The position numbers and the translations under genes are program-made. This document shows, one piece after another, positions 37,118-43,814 of a stretch of DNA of 46,106 bases; positions within the stretch are counted from its first letter, which is position 1, and each line of letters starts with the position of its first letter. The stretch comes from an uncultured Acidimicrobiaceae bacterium (GTDB lineage: Bacteria; Actinomycetota; Acidimicrobiia; Spongiisociales; UBA5794), in the NCBI GenBank assembly GCA_964647265.1, contig CAZYGP010000001.1, positions 1 to 46,106 of the forward strand, in the 5' to 3' direction. Under the pieces are notes generated by a model that saw only the letters and a list, made by a program, of their open reading frames with translations, was not told the DNA's origin and ran no database searches.

Positions 37118-37954
37118 TCATGCCGCGTGGGGGACAAGATCCCGCCGCAGCGTATGGGCACCGGGTTCGACGCCGAGGATCGAACCGTCGGGAACCTCGA
37201 GCCAGTCCTCGTCCGTGATCGGTTCGGACGCGATCACGACCGATCGATAGGTGTCATCGGCCAATGAGCAGTGCGACGTGCCACACACGGCACAGTCGGG
37301 AATTCCCCGTCGGAACACCCAGTACAGGGAGTTGCCCCATCGGCTCGCCCCGAGGTGCTCACCATCGGTGAGGAGGAAGTTGAGCTTCGGAGGCTCTGAC
37401 GCGCCAGAGGCGATGGTGAGGTCGAGGAGGTCGAACACGGCGTCCTGCAGGAGATCGACTACCTGACCCAGGCTGTCGGCGGGCCGGCGGGGGCTGAGCC
37501 CGTAGCGCTGCATCCGGTTCAGGAGCCACAAGAACACGAGCTCGCTGTCGGTCTGACCAGCCGGTGGACCATAGGGTCCGAGGTCGAGGCGCGTCCGTAC
37601 ATGCTCGAAGCCGTGGATGGTGCCGTTGTGGGCGAACGACCAGACGCCGAAGCTGAACGGGTGCGTATTCTCCTTGGCAACCCTTCCGATCGTCGCCGAG
37701 CGGATGTGCGCGATCGCGGCGTCGGGCCAGATCGTTCGAGCGACGTCACCGAACCCTCCGTCGGCGAAGGCTGGCATGGTGGACCTGATCACGGCACGCT
37801 GCCCATCCGTGTAGTGCGCGATGCCCCATCCGTCGGCGTTGCGAGTGCCACGCCCGTCCCGGTCGCTCTGGGTCTGGAGGGAGTTCTGGGCCTCGATGAG
37901 GCTGCACTCGAGGCGGGTGGGCTGCGTGGCGAGGAATCCGTAGAGTCTGCACAT
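37118..37954 (-). CDS. Class II (Ntn) glutamine amidotransferase, YafJ/EgtC-like
   Basis: The start is set so that Cys is residue 2 (MCRLYGF). NADGWGIA, IRSATIG and SFAHNGTI are present. Confidence 0.7.
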   Translation of the reverse strand: MCRLYGFLATQPTRLECSLIEAQNSLQTQSDRDGRGTRNADGWGIAHYTDGQRAVIRSTMPAFADGGFGDVARTIWPDAAIAHIRSATIGRVAKENTHPFSFGVWSFAHNGTIHGFEHVRTRLDLGPYGPPAGQTDSELVFLWLLNRMQRYGLSPRRPADSLGQVVDLLQDAVFDLLDLTIASGASEPPKLNFLLTDGEHLGASRWGNSLYWVFRRGIPDCAVCGTSHCSLADDTYRSVVIASEPITDEDWLEVPDGSILGVEPGAHTLRRDLVPHAA

Positions 37955-38153
37955 GGTGCCTCCTTTCCCCGTGGTCAACTACACCGCGTCACGTCGGTGA
38001 CGGTGATTGTCGAAACCACGACGGTTGGTGGCGCCGACCCACGGCAAGCGACCGGTACATCGGGTGTCTTCAGCCGAGGAAGCCGATCGGTCGCCCACCG
38101 AGCCCCGCCGCACCCTCGCGGAATACCAGCGTCGGCTGCCGGTTGAGCGGACC

Positions 38154-38684
38154 ATGGATTCCATCGAGATCGAAACACCAGCAGCGTTCGTCCTCGCCGA
38201 TCCAGACGGTGGCCAGGTCGTTCTGGACGACTTCGCGGCCGATCCTCTCGTCGTCATCCTCGTGCGGTACTTCGGATGCCTCCCGTGCCAGAACTTCGTC
38301 AGGGATGTCGACCTCGCCATGGATCGATTCCCCGCGTCGGCACGCATCATTGCCGTCGGTGGATCCACGGACGCACAGGCGCGCTGGCTTCGGGAGACCA
38401 AAGGGGTCGGCATGCCCCTGCTCCTCGACCCCGAACAGCGCGTGCGCTCTCTCGTCGGCCTTGGCGACCTGAGCACGCGTCAGCTCGCCAGGAGCCGCGG
38501 CTGGGTGGACTACGCCAGGGCGATCGGAAATGGATTCAGACCGCAGATGCCGTCAGAGCACGCACGCTCGGCGCCAGGCATCGCGGTCTTCGATCCCTCG
38601 TTCTCGGTCTCATGGGTCCACCGTGGTGAGATGCTCGGCGACTACCCGACGATCGACGAGCTCATCGAACATGTGTCGGCGTAA
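38154..38684 (+). CDS. Peroxiredoxin-like (AhpC/TSA, PRX-like2) thioredoxin-fold protein
   Basis: The motif LVVILVRYFGCLPCQNF is a CxxC. The start is trimmed to MDSIEIE at 38154. Confidence 0.6.
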   Translation: MDSIEIETPAAFVLADPDGGQVVLDDFAADPLVVILVRYFGCLPCQNFVRDVDLAMDRFPASARIIAVGGSTDAQARWLRETKGVGMPLLLDPEQRVRSLVGLGDLSTRQLARSRGWVDYARAIGNGFRPQMPSEHARSAPGIAVFDPSFSVSWVHRGEMLGDYPTIDELIEHVSA

Positions 38685-38756
38685 CACTCGGCCATCTCGC
38701 CATTCCCTGCGGTCGGTTTGCGACGTGCGAGTCCTTGCGGTGGGGATGGCGCGCGA

Positions 38757-39071
38757 GTGAGGGTCGTTGTGCAGCATTTCGACGGATGCCCCAACTGGGA
38801 GCTCGCCCGCGACCGCATCGCCGAGGTCCTCCCCGAGGTGGCAGGGTCGATCCTCTTCGGGGAGATCGATACCCTCGAGAAGGCGGAGGCGGTCGGGTTC
38901 CGGGGTTCTCCGACCATACTCATCGACGGTGTCGACCCGTTCTCCGATCCAACTGCCCCCGTCGGCCTCGCGTGCCGCATCTACTTCACCGATGCCGGTC
39001 ACGAGGGAGCACCATCGGTGGCGCAACTTCGATCGGTGTTGATCCCCGGGGCCTCGGGACAAGCTGAGTAG
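38757..39071 (+). CDS. Small thioredoxin/glutaredoxin-fold-like protein (104 aa)
   Basis: VRVVVQHFDGCPNW ... GFRGSPTILIDGVDPF ... LACRIY is present. The start is the GTG at 38757. The family is recognised only loosely. Confidence 0.45.
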   Translation: MRVVVQHFDGCPNWELARDRIAEVLPEVAGSILFGEIDTLEKAEAVGFRGSPTILIDGVDPFSDPTAPVGLACRIYFTDAGHEGAPSVAQLRSVLIPGASGQAE

Positions 39072-39143
39072 CGTCGCGATCGGCGTGTCCCTCCTGACCG
39101 TTCCGTACACTGCCGCCGGTGTCGGACCCAGCCGTCGTGGCTG

Positions 39144-39335
39144 GTGCTCGGTGTCATCGTGGTTCTGTTCGTGTGGAACAGGCGCCCGGTGGAGGTCGTC
39201 GCCATCGGGGCGTCGCTCACCCTGGCCGCCACCGGTGTCCTCACTCTTGATCAGTCCCTCTCTGGCTTCGGGAATGCGACCGTGGTGTTCATCGCCGCCC
39301 TCTTCGTCGTGAGCGAGGCGATCGAAGCCCAGCCC
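39144..39335 (+). pseudogene. N-terminal (about 60 codon) fragment of an SLC13/DASS-type permease
   Basis: LGVIVVLFVWNRRPVEVVAIGASLTLAATGVLTLDQSLSGFGNATVVFIAALFVVSEAIEA matches the first TM hairpin of SLC13 permeases. Resemblance stops at about 39330, and the frame ends at 39383. Confidence 0.55.
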
Positions 39336-39340
39336 GGCGT

Positions 39341-39362
39341 GGTGTCCGTCAAGTGTCCGTCA
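39341..39362 (+). repeat. Tandem 11-bp repeat GTGTCCGTCA(A/G) x2 at the cargo/integration-module junction
   Basis: gtgtccgtcaa (39341-39351) is followed by gtgtccgtcag (39352-39362), directly after the permease fragment ends. Confidence 0.5.
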
Positions 39363-39530
39363 GAGAACCGAAAACGACCATAGACGACAAGAGGTGACGA
39401 CAGACGAAATGCCCTGTCCTGTGGGGGTTTTCGCCCGAATCGCCTGCGTAGCACGGCCCCCTGTTCTGCCTTCACACGGCAGAGGTCATCTTCGCCCTTC
39501 CGATGTGACATCCGGATCGAGCAATGCTGT

Positions 39531-39743
39531 CTAGCGGGATTGGCGGCCGGTCTTGCTGGCCCACGCGACGATTTCAGATCGGAGCCACATCTTGCACCGC
39601 CCGCGGCCGAGGTCAACGACGGGGCGCGGCATGTCGGGGTAGCGCTGTTGATAGAGCGATACGGTGTTGCGTTGGGACAGGCTGAGCAGGTTCGCAACTT
39701 CACGCGCGTCGATCAGGTCGCTCGGATAGATCTTCGGCTCCAC
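39531..39743 (-). CDS. Small HTH DNA-binding protein (AlpA/MerR-excisionase-like), divergent from xis-int
   Basis: LIDAREVANLLSLSQRNTVSLYQQRYPDMPRPVVDLGRGRCKMWLRSEIVAWA is present. The start codon is uncertain: GTG 39743 is chosen, and no clear RBS is seen. Confidence 0.5.
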   Translation of the reverse strand: MEPKIYPSDLIDAREVANLLSLSQRNTVSLYQQRYPDMPRPVVDLGRGRCKMWLRSEIVAWASKTGRQSR

Positions 39744-39762
39744 GAGCGCAAGCCTACAAGTG

Positions 39763-39791
39763 TTGACCGCCGGGGCGTGATCCTCTAGTAT
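39763..39791 (+). promoter_or_regulatory. Near-consensus housekeeping-sigma-type promoter for xis-int
   Basis: TTGACC (39763-39768), a 17-nt spacer, then TAGTAT (39786-39791). It lies about 80 nt upstream of the xis ATG, which has a GGAGG RBS. Confidence 0.6.
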
Positions 39792-39809
39792 CCACTTGTA
39801 TACACATGG
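39792..39809. promoter_or_regulatory. Candidate operator: imperfect 18-bp palindrome CCAcTTGTATACAcaTGG
   Basis: A perfect 8-bp core TGTATACA (39797-39804) has matching CCA/TGG flanks and sits immediately downstream of the -10 element. Confidence 0.4.
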
Positions 39810-39871
39810 ATCCTGCCCCGGCGGTGCGGTAACACCCCGGGGCCGGCCGGAACCTACATAGGAGGTCCGAC

Positions 39872-40084
39872 ATGGCACACCCTATCGGAGTGCCGATTCA
39901 CGATGTCCTCGCGGGTCGCGTCACGCTGACGATCGTCGAGACGGCAACGCTGCTTGGCATCGGGAGGAGCTCGGCGTACGAGGCGGCACGGAGGGGTGAG
40001 CTCCCGTCTCGGCGTGTGGGGCGCAGGGTGATCGTGCCCGTTCCCGAGCTCATTGCCTGGCTGGGTTCGGCCGGCAAGACATAG
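39872..40084 (+). CDS. xis: Excisionase-family HTH protein
   Basis: LTIVETATLLGIGRSSAYEAARRGELPSRRVGRRVIVPVPELIAWL is present. The gene has a GGAGG RBS and lies 6 nt upstream of int. Confidence 0.75.
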   Translation: MAHPIGVPIHDVLAGRVTLTIVETATLLGIGRSSAYEAARRGELPSRRVGRRVIVPVPELIAWLGSAGKT

Positions 40085-40090
40085 CCACCG

Positions 40091-41281
40091 GTGCAGGGTC
40101 ACATCCGCAAGCGGACACATCGAACCAAGGCGGGACGTGAGACGGTTAGGTGGTACGTGGTCATTGATCTGCCCCGGCTCGACGGCGGGCGGCGGCGCCA
40201 GCGGTGGCATGGCGGGTTCGACACCCGCAGGGAGGCGGAGGCAGCGAAGGCCAGGCTTGTCCATGAGTTCCACACCGGCGAGTACATCGAGCCGGAGCCG
40301 ATAGCACTGGCGGAGTGGGTTCGAAAGGATTGGCTCCCCAGCATCAGGACACGGGTGAAGCCGAGCACCTTCGACTCGTACCGTGGAAACCTCGAGATCC
40401 ATGTCTTGCCCGTCCTTGGGACGAGGCAGCTCCGCCAGCTCACACCTTCGATGCTCAATCGGCTCTATGCCGACTTGATGACCGACGGGCACCGGAGGAA
40501 GCCTGGCGGTCTCAGTGCCAAGACGGTGCGCTATGTCCACACCATCGTCCGCAAGGTCCTCGCCGATGCCGTCGACACGGGGTTTATCGCCGTGAATGTC
40601 GCTGAGCGGGCGAAGCCGCCGAGGGTGTTGGCGAGACCGTCGTCCGAGATCCGCACCTGGACCACGCGCGAGCTCGGCCGGTTCCTCGAATCCGTCGAGG
40701 GGAAGCGGCTGGAGGCGGCGTGGCGTCTGGCGGCCATGACCGGAATGCGCCGTGGTGAGGTGCTCGGCCTCCGCTGGAGAGACGTCGACCTCGACGCAGC
40801 GCGCATCTCGATACGTCAGAGCATCGTGTCGGTGGCCTACGAGATCACGATATCGACGCCGAAGAGCCACCAGGCCCGGGTCGTCGACATCGACGATGTC
40901 ACATGCGCGCTGCTGCGCACCCACCACGCCGCCCAGCAGGTCGAACGCTGGCACTGCGGCAACGACTATCACGACGGCGACCTCGTCTTCTGTAGGTGCG
41001 ACGGGACACCGCTGCACCCGGACGCATTCTCCGCGGACTTCAAACGTATCGTGGGGGCAACGTCGCTCCCGAAGATCCGGCTCCATGACCTGCGCCACAC
41101 CCACGCGACCATCGCCTTGGCGGCCGGGGTACCCGTGAAGGTCATCGCCGAGCGTCTCGGGCACGAGGACCCGGCGTTCACCATGAAGCAATACGCCCAC
41201 GTGATCCCCGGCATGCAGGCCGAAGCCGCACGGATCGTCGCCGGGCTCGTCGATGTGATACCCGAGGCGGATGCGTCGTGA
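40091..41281 (+). CDS. int: Tyrosine-type site-specific integrase with N-terminal arm-binding-type domain
   Basis: The N-terminus is GHIRKR...WYVVIDL. The catalytic set is intact: R (TGMRRGEVLGLRW), K (STPKSHQAR), H-x-x-R (HDLRHTHAT), H (LGHED) and Y (KQYAHV). Confidence 0.9.
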   Translation: MQGHIRKRTHRTKAGRETVRWYVVIDLPRLDGGRRRQRWHGGFDTRREAEAAKARLVHEFHTGEYIEPEPIALAEWVRKDWLPSIRTRVKPSTFDSYRGNLEIHVLPVLGTRQLRQLTPSMLNRLYADLMTDGHRRKPGGLSAKTVRYVHTIVRKVLADAVDTGFIAVNVAERAKPPRVLARPSSEIRTWTTRELGRFLESVEGKRLEAAWRLAAMTGMRRGEVLGLRWRDVDLDAARISIRQSIVSVAYEITISTPKSHQARVVDIDDVTCALLRTHHAAQQVERWHCGNDYHDGDLVFCRCDGTPLHPDAFSADFKRIVGATSLPKIRLHDLRHTHATIALAAGVPVKVIAERLGHEDPAFTMKQYAHVIPGMQAEAARIVAGLVDVIPEADAS

Positions 41282-41314
41282 CGTCGGACGGTAAGAGCCG
41301 GCAGGACGTGCGAT

Positions 41315-41677
41315 CTACCGAGGCTCCTTTGCGATCCACAGATTCGAGTCGGGTGCCATCATCGCAGAGATCCTGCGGTTCTTGCTCCTCGTGCGCCTGG
41401 CGCGCATACCGGCTATCGAGTCGGGGCCCTCGTACGCCTCAACGTGGCAGGGGCACGCAAGGCTGTCCTCGGCCCGCCAATGGGGGCACAGGTTCTTGTC
41501 GGGACCGATGTAATTGCAGCGACCCCCGACGGCTTCCTTGGTGGAAACCCACCTCGGTGGTTTGCGAGGGGTCACCTCGGGACAGGTCCGACGAACCCAC
41601 TCCCTGTCCGATGCCGGTCTCGGCTGGGAGAAAGCGACCGGCGGAGAGATCTGTTGGTTCTGGTCGTCAAACGGCAT
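41315..41677 (-). CDS. Hypothetical Cys-rich small protein (120 aa)
   Basis: The cluster CNYIGPDKNLCPHWRAEDSLACPCH resembles a zinc-binding site. Third-position GC is plausible for coding. No family was recognised. Confidence 0.35.
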   Translation of the reverse strand: MPFDDQNQQISPPVAFSQPRPASDREWVRRTCPEVTPRKPPRWVSTKEAVGGRCNYIGPDKNLCPHWRAEDSLACPCHVEAYEGPDSIAGMRARRTRSKNRRISAMMAPDSNLWIAKEPR

Positions 41678-41828
41678 CGGAGCCTCCCTTTGGCAGGGCG
41701 CTCATTGGCGCTCAACAGACCCAGATCGTACCCCGGAAGATGTCTGGGAGCTGGGATCAACCACCGGACGCTTCGAGAACCCTGTCTGGCGAGTGGATCC
41801 ACCGTGGGAACCGTCGCCTGTTCGCACG

Positions 41829-41851
41829 GTTTGACACAGGTTTGACACGGG
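41829..41851 (+). promoter_or_regulatory. Candidate arm-type integrase binding sites: GTTTGACAC x2, period 11 (right arm)
   Basis: gtttgacacaggtttgacacggg is 22 of 23 identical to 151-173. It ends 67 nt from the attR core. Confidence 0.6.
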
Positions 41852-41876
41852 TCGTGTGTCGCCGGTCCCGGACGCG

Positions 41877-41916
41877 AGAAGGCCCTTCGAGGATGTAGGA
41901 CCTCCAAGGGCTTTCT
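41877..41916 (-). terminator. Hairpin immediately 3' of the tRNA (island-encoded)
   Basis: agaaggcccttcgagg - atgtagga - cctccaagggctttct pairs 14 of 16 bp and begins 2 nt after the tRNA 3' end on the minus strand. No clear U-tract follows. Confidence 0.5.
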
Positions 41917-41918
41917 TC

Positions 41919-41993
<75 letters not shown>

Positions 41994-42097
41994 TCGATGG
42001 CTGGAGTATACGCGGGGAGGCACTCTATTGCCCAGCCGTGCTCTGCCGACGACTGCCGGGCAGTCCAGGATGGCTCAGGACCGCGACTCGGGTGACA

Positions 42098-43231
42098 TCA
42101 GAGGTCGAGGAGCGCTTCGCTCCACCACGCCGGAGGGGTCGGCCTCGGGTCGAGCGACGGACTGGACTTCGAAGTCCCGTGCACGGGGGGTGGCGCGTCG
42201 TTGACCTTCGCTTGGCGTGCGGTGACAGCTTCCTTCGTCACGTTGTAGACGGTCAGATCCTGGGAGATCACCACCGGGCCTGTGTAGGACACAGCCATCT
42301 CCTCGAATACCGCGTCCACACCGGGGGTCACGTCCAGGTGCCAGAGTGCTCCCATACGCGGCCTCGTCATGTCGAAGATCTTGCCCATCTGCTCCGGGAT
42401 CGTGTGTGCGAGACGCGTGATCTGGATCGCTGTCTCCAGCGAAAGACCCGATGTCTGTGCGAACACCGCGGGCGACTGGAAACACTCATGAATGAACAGG
42501 TCCGCTCCGACCGCGGCTTCGACGACGTATTTGCAGGGACGCGTGTCTCCCGAGAAGACGACCGTCAACCCTGCATAGGTGATGCTGTAGCCGACGGCGC
42601 CGCTCACCCCGTGGATGGCCGGAAAGCTCGAGATGGTGACGCCGTCGCGCTCGTAGATCACCTCGGGTCGGTCGTAAGGGATCTCGTGGGCGACCATGTC
42701 GAACCCGGTGGTCGGACGAACGCCGCGCACGGAGGCCGCGTCCCATGCCATCGCCTTGCCCATGTGGTCGACGAAGGCAGCCAAGCCGAGCGTCGGGTCC
42801 TCGCTGGCGCCTCCCCAGATCTCGACCGGATCGATTCGGCCTGCCTTCGCGTAACTCCCCACGAGACCGGGAATGTCGCCGATGTGATCGGCGTGCAAAT
42901 GCGACAGGAACACCTTGGTCGTGGCCTCCAAGGGAAGCATCAACGACGCGAAGTTCGCCAGCGAACCCGAACCGAGGTCAAAGAAGAAGAAGTCCTTGCC
43001 GGGATTGCCCACCTCGATCAACAGCGATCCAGACGCCTGGCTCCGCCGGATCCACGGATCGCCACTGCCGAGCACCGTAACCCTGATCTCCCCGGGCGAC
43101 AGGTCCTCGGCACCTGGCACATACATCGACGCCCGGTCGTCCACTGGCACGCCGACCACTGGGGTTCGTGTCAACGGCACCGATCCACCCAGGTAGGCGG
43201 GGATGGGCAACGCATCCTTCGGATAGGACAT
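42098..43231 (-). CDS. MBL-fold metallo-hydrolase
   Basis: An RBS (gaggagaccgcc) precedes the ATG at 43231. The HxHxDH motif is SHLHADHIGD. Confidence 0.75.
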   Translation of the reverse strand: MSYPKDALPIPAYLGGSVPLTRTPVVGVPVDDRASMYVPGAEDLSPGEIRVTVLGSGDPWIRRSQASGSLLIEVGNPGKDFFFFDLGSGSLANFASLMLPLEATTKVFLSHLHADHIGDIPGLVGSYAKAGRIDPVEIWGGASEDPTLGLAAFVDHMGKAMAWDAASVRGVRPTTGFDMVAHEIPYDRPEVIYERDGVTISSFPAIHGVSGAVGYSITYAGLTVVFSGDTRPCKYVVEAAVGADLFIHECFQSPAVFAQTSGLSLETAIQITRLAHTIPEQMGKIFDMTRPRMGALWHLDVTPGVDAVFEEMAVSYTGPVVISQDLTVYNVTKEAVTARQAKVNDAPPPVHGTSKSSPSLDPRPTPPAWWSEALLDL

Positions 43232-43814
43232 GGCGGTCTCCTCACTGTTCTGTCGAGGCTGCCTGCGACCCAGTTTCCCCAGATCACTGCGGGTTCCCAC
43301 GATCGTCGTGGAATCGCGGGCAGCAGCCACATACTGATAGCAATCATGTAGCCCTGGCGAACGGAATGCATCAGCCACTCTGGCGGAAATCCCATGATCC
43401 GAGCGGGCACCGCATTGCGAGCCGGCCCGAGGCGCTGAACACTCGCCGGATTCTTGCTTCGGCTAGCTGCTCCCCTCAATCACGTCCTGGACGGCATCGG
43501 CGATGGCGTCCAGGACGTTCTGCTGATCAGAGCGTGCAATCACCTCTCTGATCAGTTTGCCGTCAGCACCCGAGATGATCATGGATCCCGGTTACGGCGC
43601 AACCATCTTCAGTGCAATCGTCCAGCCCCCCGGCCCACCCCACATCATCCGTTCGGGATTAGATCCGACGGCGGTCCGCGGGGCACGGCCACGGTGAATG
43701 ACGGCGTTCGTCGGCTTCGTCCCCTGCACGATCTGGGGCTACCGGGGAAGCCCGGTACCATGGGGGTGGCAAGTCGGGAAGTCTGGTCGACGTCATCCAC
43801 ACATCGGAGCGTTG

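Noticed and set aside
43463-43582. A 39-aa minus-strand ORF (MIISGADGKLIREVIARSDQQNVLDAIADAVQDVIEGSS) in the 580-nt gap upstream of the ATPase.
   Set aside because: The composition looks protein-like, but there is no RBS and no recognised family, and the ORF is too short to support from sequence alone.
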